Position numbers and translations under genes: made by a program. A stretch of 64,000 nt of DNA from the human T2T-CHM13v2.0 reference genome, Homo sapiens. The stretch lies in NCBI RefSeq assembly GCF_009914755.1, contig NC_060934.1; one strand, 5' to 3'. Within the stretch, counting starts at the first letter, position 1, and each line of letters starts with the position of its first letter. A model generated the notes under the pieces. It saw only the letters and a list, made by a program, of their open reading frames with translations, was not told the DNA's origin and did not search any database. Below are positions 13,447 through 31,765 of the stretch, piece by piece.

Positions 13447-15069
13447 GTGATGAAACCATCTTTGCTTCCTTGCTCTCTTCTTTTAACCAGAACATGCATA
13501 TGCTTCTTTCTAGTTTATCAGTTGCATACACAGCAGTCTTTGACTCTCCTTTTGAAGGAGGTGCCTCATCCTTCCTTCAGCCACTCCCCACTCCATTCTC
13601 CCCACCCCCCTCATCCTGCACCTGCTTTTCCGTGGCCTGCATTTGGTACATTTGCATTCTGCTCAGTAGCCACAGTAACGTCTCACCACTTTGGCTGGTG
13701 TCTGACACCTGCAGGTTTCCAGCACTGCCACCTGGGGGTCTTCTAACCACAGAGCAGATCATGCCCCTCCTGCTGGCGCTTCCTCACTACTCCAAGGAGA
13801 GCATTCGGGCTCCTGGGTTTGGTATGAAACCCCTTTGCAATCGGTGCCAGCCCATGTGTGCAGCTTCCTCACTAGTCACTTCACACTTTCCAGCCTGACT
13901 CCAGGCACACCAGGTGCCACTCCCTGAACACACATGGTCTGTTCTGCTGCTGCCCAAGGCTCCTGCTGCCTCCTCACCAGGAATGCTCCTCTCTGTCCAC
14001 AGCTGTGCTTCCACATCCCCACTTCTGTGACTGTGCCCTGCACTCCCCGCACCAAGTTCCCACAGCAGCGACACTGTTTCATGGGATCTCCTCAATGGAC
14101 TGTGAACCCTTTGAAGTTTTCCTTTCATTGTAGTTGGGTTTCTTGTTTCTATCCAGTCTCCCTTCTCTAGAAAGCTTTAGCTGATTTCCAAGTAAGCGAC
14201 AGGACACAGAATGACCTACCCCGGCAAATAGATTCATTTCAAATGTTTCCAAACCTGTTTCCTTGTGCAAAACAAAACCGCCTTCCTTTTAAAGAGAATT
14301 TTCATTGGCTTTTTTTTAGTTAAGTTTAAATTGGCAACTAAAATTGTGACATTCCCCTGAAGTTGACAACACAATCATACTTTGCCCAAAGTAGATTGTA
14401 GCTTCTCAAAATTCTACTTGATTGTATATTTTGGAAACTATCATAAATACTGCATCATTGCTACTAAGTGATTCATGTTTTGAGATTATATGAAAAGTTC
14501 TGATTTCTAAGCCATATTTCTTATGTGGAATATTTAACGTTTGAATTCAATGTTTATTGACTTGAAGAAAACAGCACCTTAGATTACCTCTCTTTATTGT
14601 GTCATGTTTCTCCCCGCTCCTGGAGCCTGAATTTAGACTAGCCCCCTAACAAAGGTTAGTACCAGAATTCCCCGATTCTTTCTTGTTTTGAAAGATACCC
14701 ACGTTTCTATTGAGGGTAGAGTAGGGGCCAAGGGAGGGGTTGTGAGACAGAGAGCCAACATACCTACTTTCCAGGTTTCCAGCAACAGATAAAACTTTTT
14801 GTGTGAAACTGAACTGAAACTGCCCTGAGAAGATTAAAAAATGGAGAACTCTAAAGGATTAAGAATGACTTAGTCTTGGAGTACTAGGAGCTATTAAACT
14901 CCTTCCTTGGAAATCATTAAGAAATAACCTCTTCTATGTTCTTAGATAATATCTTCATTGAAGTAGACCAGATAACCTTACAATATTTTGAGTCACTGAT
15001 TCTTTGCCATGGTAGCTTTGAACACTTTATTTTATCGTCAGATCAATGTGTGTTTTTTTGCCATTGCAG

Positions 15070-15690
15070 AGCCGTGTCAAGATGAGAGGGAAGCGTAGAC
15101 CGCAGACCCGTGCAGCTAGGCGGCTGGCTGCTCAGGAGTCCAGCGAGACTGAGGACATGAGCGTCCCCAGAGGACCCATTGCACAGTGGGCTGATGGCGC
15201 CATTTCCCCAAATGGCCATCGGCCACAGCTCAGAGCAGCCAGTGGAGAAGACAGCACTGAGGAGGCCCTGGCAGCTGCCGCTGCACCTTGGGAAGGTGGT
15301 CCTGTGCCTGGAGTGGACAGAAGCCCCTTTGCAAAGTCTCTGGGTCATTCCAGAGGGGAGGCTGACCTTTTTGATTCTGGGGACATCTTTTCCACGGGCA
15401 CTGGATCTCAGTCTGTGGAGAGAACAAAACCCAAGGCAAAGATAGCAGAGAATCCTGCCAACCCACCAGTGGGTGGTAAAGCAAAGAGCCCCATGTTTCC
15501 TGCTCTAGGTGAGGCCAGCAGTGATGATGATCTCTTTCAGTCTGCTAAACCAAAACCAGCAAAGAAAACAAATCCCTTTCCTCTCCTGGAAGATGAGGAT
15601 GACCTCTTTACAGATCAGAAAGTCAAGAAGAATGAGACAAAATCCAATAGTCAGCAGGATGTCATATTAACAACACAAGATATTTTTGAG
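15070..15690 (+). CDS. WASHC2A: WASHC2/FAM21 large coding exon, 621 nt, phase 0/0
   Basis: Acceptor tttgccattgcag, donor GAG|gtaata. Encodes [18 protein letters not shown]...DLFDSGDIF...SSDDDLFQ...LLEDEDDLF...TTQDIFE (core of ORF 15046-15726). Confidence 0.95.
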
Positions 15691-16551
15691 GTAATAGGAC
15701 TTAACACGTTTTTGTGTCTGTTCTAAGTTAAGGAAGGTATCTGATTGGCTTATTTGAGCCATAGATTATGTCTAGCTTGTTGCGTGCATACCCCATAGCC
15801 ACTTGCTTAGTAATTATAATTAGGCTCTTTTATTAATAAGTTTAACATTGATTCAGAAGTGGTTTTTTGTTTTGTTGCATGTAGATTGTATTTCTTGGCT
15901 GGCCATGATCATTGATACTGGTCTTGGTTTCTCTAGTTTTTACAGTTTTTTTATTTTTATAGAATATTGTAATCAGCTTCCTGGGCATGCCACTCGGTGA
16001 CATGGCATACAGCTCCACTGGTCCAGCTTGGGAGTTTAACCTCTGGTTCTGGGGACATTGGCCCTGGCTGGAGCTGACAATGTAGTGCATGCAGGCAATA
16101 AGACTTTCAGTGGCATTTGCTCAGCAGATGTTTATTGAGCACCTGGGGACTGCAGGCACGAGGTGAACTCAGAGAAGTGCTAGGCTCCTCAGAGCTCTCT
16201 GGGAAGATAATCAAATACAAACAGGGCAATGGATAATTAAGATGTTTTCAAATAGTACTAAGTGTCATGAAGAAAATAACCTGGGGCAGAGTGGTGGGTA
16301 GGGCTGGGAGGTGCTCCTTTAGGCAGGACTGGTAGAGAAGGTGTCACTGCAGTGCCGGCATTTGAGCCGGGGTGAGATGGGCGGGCCAAGCTGTGCAGAG
16401 ATCTGGGGTAGTGCATCCCAGGCAGAGTGGGCAGTCTCGAGGCTGTTCCACACACCCTGGCCAATTGTATTTCCATAGCTCGTTGTTGTGTTTGAGCTTA
16501 AAAAGAAAAATTGATTTAACATTATTTTGTATGTATTTTTGGCTTAACAAG

Positions 16552-16729
16552 GATGATATATTTGCTACGGAAGCAATTAAACCCTCTCAGAAAACCAGAG
16601 AGAAGGAGAAAACATTGGAATCTAATTTATTTGATGATAACATTGATATCTTTGCTGACTTAACTGTAAAACCAAAAGAAAAGTCCAAAAAGAAAGTGGA
16701 AGCCAAGTCTATATTTGATGATGATATGG
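16552..16729 (+). CDS. WASHC2A: WASHC2/FAM21 penultimate coding exon, 178 nt, phase 0/1
   Basis: Acceptor ggcttaacaag, donor G|gtaagt. Encodes [59 protein letters not shown]. Confidence 0.92.
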
Positions 16730-18456
16730 GTAAGTTTGGTTTTCTACATCTGACCTAGAGAATTCTTACCTTTCTGTCACTTGGTATTTTTCTTGCTACC
16801 TTTTCTTGGCCCTTTTCTGGAAAATGCACCCCAGCGGGTTCACTTCAGTGTAATCCTGAGTTAGGCTGAAGATAGGTAAGAGATGGACTAATTATTTTAG
16901 TGAAGTAACTCTTTCCTATGATAGTCATCAAAGAATTTGAAGGCACCCAGAGTTTGACGTTTAAGTATAATTTAACTTTGATCTCAGTGCACCTCACCAA
17001 TCATCTGTGACACACCCCGGTGTTATGAAAGGAGGTTTGATCAGAAATGACCTCACGTGCTAAAGTAGGCTGAGGGGACTGCCTTGGGTGTGATGTGGTT
17101 GGTTGAGTCAGAGCTCCAGATAGACAGGGAGTGTCCATGGTTCTGTGCGAGAAGAGAGCAAGTCTAGACCTGGGTGTAGGCTCTACCTCAGGCGTTGCAT
17201 TTCACTGAGGTCTTTGGTGTTTGGGAACAAGCTTGTCTTCCTTATATGGCACAACTTCTGCTTTATTAGTAGACAAGGCAAATGCCCGAGAACCCTAAAT
17301 ATTGGACTTTTGATAAATCCTGTGGGCTGAGGCCACATACACATTTCCTACTCTCCCCATCAATCTAGACCTTGAGACTAACTGGGAGACAGCTGGTGCT
17401 GCAGAGTCACACACTGGCTCTGTGCCTCCAGCAAGCCGTGTGCTCTGTCTCCCCTGCTTCCCGCCACATGGAGTGCAGAAGGGAACTCATTCATTATTTT
17501 AAATACAAAAAAAGTAATACATGCTTATTGTAATAGATTCATGCAATTCAGAAAATGTAAGAAGTGAATAACCCCTAGAGGTAATAGTAACAGTTTGGTG
17601 TGTATCCTTTCAGACACAGTGATATTAATATATGTTTGTGTACACATCAATATATACCCACCTTTTTAAAAAGTAAGAATATATTTACCTATTCTGCTCT
17701 GTCTTTTAGTTACTTAATGTCTTTTCATGTCAGTACATAGAGATCTCCTTCCTTGTTTTCAGTGGTGTGCACGATTTCTTTGTATTTAGCCATTAGCCTG
17801 TTGACGGCAATCTCAGTTGTTTCTGTTTTCTTTATTACAAATAATGCTGTGGTCTTTACCATTTGTGTACACCTAACTTTATGTATACATGTTAAATCAT
17901 GGTTGGATAAAACCCTAGCAGTAACATTACTGGGTAAGTACCATAATTAGATAAGACAAGCTTTTGAGTCAGTGAAACACTAAAAGAATGCAGTGACGGA
18001 GGCTTACAGTCTTACATCGAGATGCCTCAAATCAGTGCATTTATTCTGAAAGAAAACAGGTGGGTCCTATGTTGGATTTCCCTTTGCGTATTTTTATTGC
18101 TCTTTTAAAACCCAGTATGAAAAGAATATCTAAATAAGTCCATTGTCCCTGATGGTAGGGGCGTGGGCTGGTTTGGAGATCAAGTTACGCTTCCCTTTTT
18201 TCTGTCCTACACACGCACATACATACACTTTTGTAGCTGAAGAAATTGTGCTCCAAGAGAAACCTGTGTGTGATCATAAAATTTAATGAGTAACAAACAC
18301 AGAACCAGAATCTAAGAGGCTTGAGTTCTAGGTTAGTGTTTTAGGGTACTCCATGCTGTTACCAGAGCTGGGTCTTTGGTGGTTTGCTTGCATGTGTCTT
18401 AAAAGTACCTTTCTCCACCCCTCTTCAGCAACCGTTCTTCTTTTTTCTTTCTAAAG

Positions 18457-18596
18457 ATGACATCTTCTCCTCTGGTATCCAGGCTAAGACAACCAAACCA
18501 AAAAGCCGATCTGCACAGGCCGCACCTGAACCAAGATTTGAACACAAGGTGTCCAACATCTTTGATGATCCCCTGAATGCCTTTGGAGGCCAGTAG
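18457..18596 (+). CDS. WASHC2A: WASHC2/FAM21 terminal coding exon, stop TAG at 18594-18596
   Basis: Polypyrimidine tract plus aag acceptor; completes the split GAT codon. Encodes [46 protein letters not shown], the recognisable FAM21 C-terminus. Confidence 0.95.
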
Positions 18597-18779
18597 AGCA
18601 CACAGGGTATCCACATGTTACCCTGCAGCTACATTGTTGAGTTAGTGATGATGTTGTATATGCTGATGGTCTTAACTGGATTACAAAAAGCAAATACTAG
18701 AACAGCTAGCTCATCGTTCACCCAATGTACTTGGTATTTTTCTGCACTGGTTTAATCATGCTTAATACTACAAAACAAA

Positions 18780-18816
18780 AATAAATATTTCACAGTGGTT
18801 GGTTTGTTTTGTTTTT
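18780..18816 (+). terminator. Polyadenylation signal AATAAA (18780-18785) with downstream GU/U-rich element
   Basis: AATAAA ~185 nt after the stop, followed by gtggttggtttgttttgttttt. Confidence 0.75.
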
Positions 18817-19089
18817 AAACCACAGTTTGATTTAGTTAGCCTTGCTGGGGCCATAATATGCTTCAGGGTGTGTAAAAGAAGAAATCTCTTTGTGGCTTTC
18901 ATGGGCAGGGAATCCCAGAGATAGCAAATGCCACCTGACCAGAAGTCTTTGTTATATGGATGGGAACCCTAACTTAGGGCCTGGGCAGGGGAAAGAGAAA
19001 GAAGGTGAGAGATTATACTTCATGAGTCTTAGCAATATGGGAGCAGGTTTTCACTGAATTCTGAGGGTGCCTCTGCATGTCCTCCAAGG

Positions 19090-19303
19090 CAAAGTTTGGC
19101 AAACTGTGGCCCCCCCACTGTCATATTTTGTTAATAAAATTTTATTGGAACACAACCACATTCATTTGTTTACTTACTGTCTATTGCTGCTCTCACCCTA
19201 CCTCCAATGTAAGAGTTGAGTGATTATGACAGAGACTGGATGGCTCACAGAGCCTCAGATGTTTTCTATCTGCCCCTTTATATAAACAGTTTGCTGACCA
19301 TTG
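19090..19303 (-). mobile_element. MER58-like hAT element
   Basis: Terminal inverted ggcaaact...agtttgctgacc; internal aataaaattttattggaacac. Confidence 0.7.
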
Positions 19304-19399
19304 CTCTAAGGCATCCTTTTCCATCCTTGTCTTGTGGAAGCAGCAGAATGAACCTAGGTAATAGCCAGGGGAAGTGCTGAAGATGGAAATGTCAGCCTC

Positions 19400-19487
19400 T
19401 AGAGCAGCACTGCCCCATAGAACTCCGCAGGAATGAAAATGTTCTTTATCTGCATCGACAAAGGCAGTAGCCACTAGCCACCTGGAT
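19400..19487 (+). mobile_element. MER3/MER33-like fragment
   Basis: cagcactgccccatagaact...aatgttctttatctgc...gtagccactagccac. Confidence 0.55.
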
Positions 19488-20094
19488 GGCTGACCCCATT
19501 CTAATCTGTGTTTTTTGGTGCTCTGTCATCTTGCTGCTGACCTATTCAGCCTGTCACCACAGCACAGTCTTGTAGGCCGCCCAGGTTGGTCTCAGCGATC
19601 CTGGAGCTACTTACTTCTTCCTTGGGCACTGTAAGATCGGAAGGGGAATTACTCATACCCAGAGTCAAACATTTTGTACAGCTTCCACAGGTCAACCATT
19701 TGCCCAAGTCTGCTGTGAGAGTGACGTGATAACAGATAAGGGCACTTGCTAGTTGGCCACTCCTTTCCCCTATTCATTTTATGCATCTTCCTTCTGTCCT
19801 TAGGTTGAGATCTCCGAGTCGCTGTTGTCAGGCAGACTGCTGTCCTCCAGATTCAGGCCTGTGGGTCTGGGGAGCCCTGCTTGGTCTTGGAGGAGCAAGG
19901 GCTGCGCAGGTGACTTGGTGGCCTCAAGTGTATAGGTACCTGGATGGTGCGAGGAGATGCTGGCTCTGAAATATTTCCTAATCCCGCTTGCAGATCAACT
20001 GCTGACTAGCGTTTAGGTTACAGATATATTAGACGGTTGATGTGATTCTGTAGCTCGTATTTAGAACTTTAGGGATGTTTTCACATATCAGTAA

Positions 20095-20411
<317 letters not shown>

Positions 20412-20742
20412 TATGTCAACATTTCTAATGGTAGCTTCACATTCTGGATATCCTTATGTTGGGGAAAAAGTTTTAAAGGTAACTGCTCTTCTGTAGCAAA
20501 GCTTTTTTAGAGCAGAGGATGGAGCAAATTCTGAGTTACTGAAATTACGTATTCAGCGCTATTGCCTTGTTTACCTTCCATTTCATCTTTGGAGTTGTGT
20601 TTTTAGAACTTTTTCAGAAGGGATGAGATAAATGCCTTGGGAATTGATTTAGAAATCTTTTTGGTGTCTTTACTCTTAAGAGCTAGATATATTTTTTAAT
20701 TGTAAAAAATTATGGAAATACTTTTTTCTCTACCTGCTCCCA

Positions 20743-21041
20743 TTTTTTTTTTTTTTTTTAAGACAGGGTCTGGTTGTGTTGCCTAGGCTGGGGTGCAGTG
20801 GCATAATCATAGCTTGCTGCACCTTTGAACTCCAGGGCTCCAGTCATCCTCCCACCTTAGCCTCCTGAATGGCTGGGACTACAGGTGTGTGCCATCATGC
20901 CCAGCTAATTTTTAAAAAAAAATTTTTGTAGAGACAAGGGTCTGTTGCCCAGGCTGGTCTCAACCTTCTTACCTCAAGTGATTCTCCCACCTTGGCCTCC
21001 TGAATTGCTGGAATTACAGGCATGAGCCACAATGGCCAGCT
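20743..21041 (-). mobile_element. Alu (AluJ-like)
   Basis: Diverged antisense Alu with poly-T. Confidence 0.9.
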
Positions 21042-22350
21042 TCTTTCTGTTTTCTTTGTTTCCTCTTCCCCTTCTGTTTTCTTCCTTTTTCTTTTTTCTT
21101 TTTTCTTTTTTTTTTTTTTAGCTGTTCTTGCATCATTTTCCATCCCATCTTTAAGTCTTCATTGCCTCCTCATTTTCCAAGATCATGAGTCCCACAGTAT
21201 GCTCAGCTAAGCATGACCACACACCATTTCAAGAAGCTGTTCATGGACCCAGATTTTATTACCAGCTGGGTCTTTGTTCTCCTGCTGCAGCTTCCATTTG
21301 CTCCTCAGCTACCCTCTAGGCATCCAGTCTGGCTTAACCAGATTTCATGGCCTCATTTTGTCCTCTGCTACAGTGATTTCTACTCCTGAGGAGAAGCATA
21401 ACTATCTTCTAGAGGGAAACATTTTCGCTCTTGGATATCAACCTTGGTTCTTTTGGGATATTGGAAATTACCCCATTGACTGGACCCAGACTTACGGTGG
21501 AAGTTCCAGCACAATTAATGCTGAACGGGGTTGTGCTTTTTCTTCTGGCATATAGTTGAATTATCCATTCTCATTATAGGTGAAGGACTTGCAAATCTGT
21601 TTGTTATCTTCTACCCTCCCCCAGCCTATTATTTTCAGGGTCTCACTATGGAAGAACACTGTGGTGAAGGAAACAATCCAGATTCCTTTGGCAGTCATAG
21701 TCACTCATGTCTTTATTTCTGTCATGTGCATTTTGCAGTCCTGACACCTGACTTCTGTTGCTAGGGCTGCACCTGTGTAGGTACGAGTACTGTTGGCTTC
21801 GGGGATACACACTCTGGCAACTCTATAGGACAGTCTTATTTGATATAGCATAAGTATGTTTTTAAGAATTCATGTTATCCAAAATTATAAAAGCAGTTGT
21901 TTGAATGAGTGAAAGAAAGGGGATTAAGGTTAGAAAGCTCCATACAAAGTCATATATAAGCAATGCAGCTTTTTAATTTAGCTTTTATTTAAGAGCAATG
22001 ACCCTTTACCACTATCGCCAGCAGTATTATTATCCTGGTACCTTGTATTACTCTTAATACCCATCATTTTGAAATATGGTGCAACAACACTCAAATGAGC
22101 TGCACTACAAGAAACAACTTTCCTTTCTGTAATGCCCTCCCTTTAGGATCACTAGAAGTCTGTACGATGCAATGCAGATTCCCGAATTAATGATCTTTCC
22201 TATCAGTGTAATAAAAACTCATATTATGGCAGATTCCTGTATGTGCATCTATGTTATGAGTTGGATAAACGTTGGTGGACTTCATTTGGAGTGAATCAGA
22301 ATGGGATTCCTGTGAGAAGCCAACATCCCTCTAAACAAACTTTTGGAGCA

Positions 22351-23080
<730 letters not shown>

Positions 23081-23285
23081 GGATAACCAAATAGTTATTA
23101 ATGTCTAAAACTTGGAGAATACCTTACCTATAGCACAGGTTTGTTCTGAGGATCAATTGAAAGACTAAAATATCTGTTCTTTCCTTGAACAAAGCTTTAA
23201 TGAGTACCAATATGTGCAAAACACTGTGCCAGGTGGTAGAGATCAGATGTGCTCCCTTCAGTTTAGTAATAAATGAAATTGTTAG

Positions 23286-23894
<609 letters not shown>

Positions 23895-23999
23895 CTAAGG
23901 AGTCTGAATTTTATTCTATAGACAGGGAGAAGTCATTATAGGACCTTGAGGCAAGAAATAACATGATCAGCTCTACGTTTTCAAAAGATAACTGTGCTC

Positions 24000-24880
24000 C
24001 ACATTATGTGTCATTAGGGAAATACAAATTAAAACAGCAGTGACGTACTATTACATGACTGTTACAATGGCTGAAATCCAAAACACTGACAACACCAAAG
24101 CTGGGGAAGATGGGGAGCAACAGGAACTCTCATTCACTGCCAGTGGGAATACAAAATGGTACTTTGGAAGATTGTTTGACAACTTCTTACATATTCTTAC
24201 TGTATGATACAGCAATTATGCTCCTTGGAATTTGCCCAAGTGAGTAGAAAACATGTTCACACAAAAACCTGCATACAGATGTGTATGGAAGCTTTTTTCA
24301 TAATTGCCAAAACTTGGAAGCAACCAAGATGTCCTTCAGTAGATGAATGTATAAATAAACTCTACTATACCCAGCCAATGGACTGTTATTCAGCACCAAA
24401 AAGAAATGAGCTATATCAACCCATGAAAAGACATGGAAGAATCTTAAGTGTGTGTTACTAAATGAAAGAAGCCAATCTGAAAAGGCCGTATACTATAAAA
24501 TCCCGAATTACGTTCTGGAAAAGGTAAAACTATGGAGACGGTAAAAAGTGTAGTGTTTGCCAGGATCTGAGGGGAGAGAGGAATGAATAGGCAAAGCACA
24601 GAGGATTTGTAGCACAGTGTATGTATTCTGTGTGGTACTGTAATGGTGAATACACGTCATTATGCATTAGTTCAAGTCCATCAAGAGTGAACCCTAATGT
24701 AAATTACAAACTTCAATTTATGTGTGAAAATGATGTGTCACTGTGGGGTTCATCAGTTGTAATAAATGTACCACTCTGGTGCAGGTTGTGATAGGAGAAG
24801 GCTGTGGGAGTGAGGGGCATATAGGAACATTGTAATTTCTGCTCAGTTCTGCTGCTCAAAAAATGAAATCTATTCAAAAA
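24000..24880 (+). mobile_element. Old L1 3' end (L1MC/MD-like)
   Basis: ORF2 C-terminal remnant (FIIAKTWKQPRCPS) and L1M 3' UTR. Confidence 0.8.
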
Positions 24881-25249
24881 GGAACCTTTTCATGTTTAGA
24901 CTAACTTAGTTCATTTCCCTCATTTAGTTCCTTAATTGTTGAGGTTTCATTGCAATGCATTCTAAAGTCAAACATAAAATTATTTTAGAGCTTTGTGTGA
25001 CTTTTCCCCTTGCTTAAACATCATTGCAGAATAATGTAAAAATATGATACTCTAATCTAGTTTTCATAAACTTTTTTTAAAGTTGAAAAAAAAACTAGCA
25101 TCATGGACAGATGGGTTGAAAGAGTGAACGGCAAGAATCGAGGATCAAAACTAGGCCATGAAAATTGCTCAGTTGAGAGCTAATGAAGCCCTAAATTAAG
25201 TCCTAATCATTGTAGATGGAGTGGGTGACAGATTTAAACAATATTAAGA

Positions 25250-25559
<310 letters not shown>

Positions 25560-26009
25560 TCATATTGTCTAGAATTGGTCATTTCTAGGTGTCATGGGGT
25601 TGGGAGAAAATCCAAAATGATTGACAGATCATTTTGAGTGATGGCATGAAAGGCATCTCTTTACCAAGCTGGGGACTACAGGAAAGCTGGAGGTTTGTGG
25701 GAAAAATTATAAGTTTTGAGTACATTGGATTTCAGATGCCTCTGGAATATCATGCTTATGGAGTGGAGATTACTATCAAAACCACAATCTTTAAAAAGAA
25801 CTGCTTCTTTAAACATGCTTATATTGTAGTGAGTTCAGTGATATATCCTTTGGTAGAAAAAATTGTAAAAAAATTTATGTATGGCACATTTCTCTGACGC
25901 TTGCACTTTCATAGTGTTCACTTTCTGTTCACCTAGGTTTACTTACTGATATCCTTCTCCCACTCTGAGGCTTTGCCTATCCTGAAATACATTTAAAAAT
26001 TTACCCATG

Positions 26010-29041
<3,032 letters not shown>

Positions 29042-29564
29042 CTCAGTAAAGCTATTTTTAAAAAGGTTTAACCACCTCACCAGAAAGACGTGTATCATTT
29101 GTCCTAGTTTAAGTTCAAGGCCCCCATTTACAAATTTTTCACTGATTAATAGTCTTTTCATGTCACTACATAGAGATCTCCTTCCTTGTTTTCAGTGATG
29201 TGCACCTCTGGGTCTTTGCACTGGCTCCTGCCACTTTTTCGAACACTGTTCTCAGAATCCAGCTTGTTTCCTCACTCTTCGATTTCTCTGTGAGGCCTCG
29301 CTGATGAAATACACACAACAGGAAGCCTGCTAGCACATACCACCCTGTGCTCCTGGTCCCCTTTCCTGTTTCACTGTTTACCACGGCACGTGTTGCCAGG
29401 GGCAATGTATATTTACTTATTCATTGTCTCTACTTCCCACTAAAGTAAGTGCCACATAGGCAGGACTATTCGTTCCCTGTTTGTATCCCTAACACCCTGT
29501 CCTTAATATCAGTGCTTGGCATGTGGTAAGCCATAGGCTCTTGTGGCTACACAACATGTGCTCT

Positions 29565-29762
29565 GTTCTCAAGTGGGGTGATTCTGTCGATGTCTGGAGA
29601 AACTTCAGGTTGCCATGCCTTGAGGATTAACTAGGTGCTACTGACATCTAGTAGCTGGAGGCCAGGGAGGCTCCTGAACACTGTAGAATACACAAGACCA
29701 CCCTCAACACAAAGAATGATTCAGCCCCAAATGTCAACAGTGCTGCGGCTGAGAAAACCTGT
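29565..29762 (+). mobile_element. MER20-like hAT element
   Basis: gtgctactgacatctagtag...aagaatgattcagccccaaatgtcaacagtgc...gagaaaacctg. Confidence 0.7.
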
Positions 29763-29799
29763 GTTAGACCAGCACTATCCAATAGAAATACAACCAACT

Positions 29800-30057
29800 G
29801 GTCGGGCCCGGGGTCTCACATCTGTAATCCCAGAACTTTGGGATGCCGAGGAGGGTGGATTGCTTGAGCCCAGGAGTTTGAGTCCAGCCTGGGTAACACA
29901 ACAAGACATTCAACAAGAAATTAAAAGATTAGCTGGGCATGGTTACACATGCCTGTGGTCCCAGCTACCCAGGATGCTGAGGTGGAAGAACAAATTCAGC
30001 CCAAGAGGTCAAGGCTGTGGTAAGCCGTGATTGCACCACTGCACTCCAGCCTGGGCA
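29800..30057 (+). mobile_element. Alu (AluJ-like), 3'-truncated
   Basis: Diverged Alu that ends after cagcctgggca. Confidence 0.85.
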
Positions 30058-30396
30058 CTGAGGCCACACTTCCTATAGGCTGCTCCCAGCCAGAACCGAG
30101 CATGCCAGGGTACTAGTGCCACCTGTTCCTGCAGGACAAGGGAATCCTCTAACAGTCAATAGTCCACCAGAGACTCCCAACTGATCCGGCCAAAAGTTCC
30201 TAGAGCTGTGCTGTGTCTCGGACTCCTCCTGCCCTACCTTCCTTCCTTCCCCCTCTCCCCTCTCACATGGCAGTCTGAAGGCTCTCCCTGATCACTCCTG
30301 GCCCCTCTCTTAACCTGCACACGTGCATCCCCAATAAATCTCTGCTGATCTCATCCTAACTTGGTGTCTGCTTCTGGGAGGATTCATACTAACACA
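30058..30396 (+). mobile_element. ERVL LTR fragment (LTR16-like)
   Basis: ccaataaatctc...cttggtgtctgcttctgggagga...taacaca 3' end. Confidence 0.6.
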
Positions 30397-31119
30397 GGTT
30401 TCAAGGTCGGACAGCATTCAAATCCCACTCCCACCACAGACCCTGAGCCAGTTCCTACCCCTTTCTCAGCCTCAGTTTCCTAGCAATGAAAAGAATATTG
30501 AAACAGAAACTCTTTGAAAGCTCTTCCTGTCCTGATCTGTTCCAGAATCGGGCTCAGCAGGGTTCCTGCAAGGACACAAGTGTAGCTGCCTCTGAGGAGC
30601 CCCTCAGGTGCCCATTTTAGCCAGTTTGTTTCTCCCTGGGCTCCTACAGCACATGTGCCCATCACACAGGGTTGCAAACACCTGTTTTCTCCTCTGATTC
30701 CCCAAAGGGTGCTGGACACCTGTAGAGGGGCTCTGTTTTGTTCACTTGTCCATGATGCTCAGAGAATGTTTACAGTGCACAGTGAATGCCGAGCACTGGA
30801 AATGCTCAGTGAAGCAAGCCAACACCAGCCCCACCAGCTGTCAGCAAGGAGGAGTTCTGTGGCTATAGTCTCTTTGGTTCCATGGAAATGACACCAACAG
30901 CCCACATAATTGAGGGCCCTGTGCAGGTGCCGAGTTCCCAGCAAAAGTCTTTGCATGTATTTTCTGTTATATGAATCCTCCTGGCATGCTCATTGAGAGG
31001 TTCCATTAGTACATGCCCATCTTACACATAAATAAACTGAGGCTCAGGGAACTGGAGTTGATTGTCCCAGCCTGCACAGCAGGAAGAATCAAGGGGTGAG
31101 TTTTGGGTTTTATTTTGCA

Positions 31120-31765
31120 TATTTCAGCAGCTTTACTGAGGCATAATTTACACACCATAAAATTTACTCACGATAAATATACAGTTAGATCAGTAAATCT
31201 ATAGATTTGGGAAACCGTCAGCACAAGCCAGTTTTAGAACATTTCTATTACCCTGAAAACATTTCTCTTGCCTGTTTGCAGGCAATCTTCCATTCCCACC
31301 CCCAGCCCTAGGCAACCACCAATCTGCTTTCTGACTCTACAGATGTGCCTTTTTCTGCACATTCCCTCTAAGTGAAATCATATAGTGTGGCCTTTTGTGG
31401 TTGGCTTCTTTCACATAGTGTAATGCTTCTGAGGTTCATCCATGTTGTAATGTCCATTGTGGCTTCATCCCTGTCTATTGACAAATAAAGTTCTGTTGCA
31501 TGGATGGATCACAAACATCTACATATCCATTCTTCAGCTGGTGCACATTTGGGTTGTTTCCAGTCTTGAGCCATTATGAATAATGTTGTTATGAAAATGT
31601 GGGTATAAGTTTTTGTGTGAGAATATGTTTTCATTTCTCTTGGTTAGATCCCTAGGAGTGGAGTTGCTGGGTCACATGATAAGGGTAAGTTATACAAGGA
31701 ACTGCCAAACTTGTCTATGTAAATTGGTTGCCCATCAGCAGTAGATGAGGGTTCCACTGCTCCAA
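31120..31765 (-). mobile_element. Old L1 3' fragment (L1ME/MD-like)
   Basis: cagctttactgaggcataatt...ccctaggcaaccaccaatctgc...gaggttcatccatgttg. Confidence 0.75.

Noticed and set aside
15046-15726. 226 aa ORF as a stand-alone gene
   Set aside because: It is the 621-nt WASHC2 exon plus read-through into the flanking introns.
21190-22340. Non-Alu stretch examined as a possible hidden retrocopy or exon
   Set aside because: No recognisable protein homology, sustained ORF or convincing splice pair; may be a very old LINE fragment.
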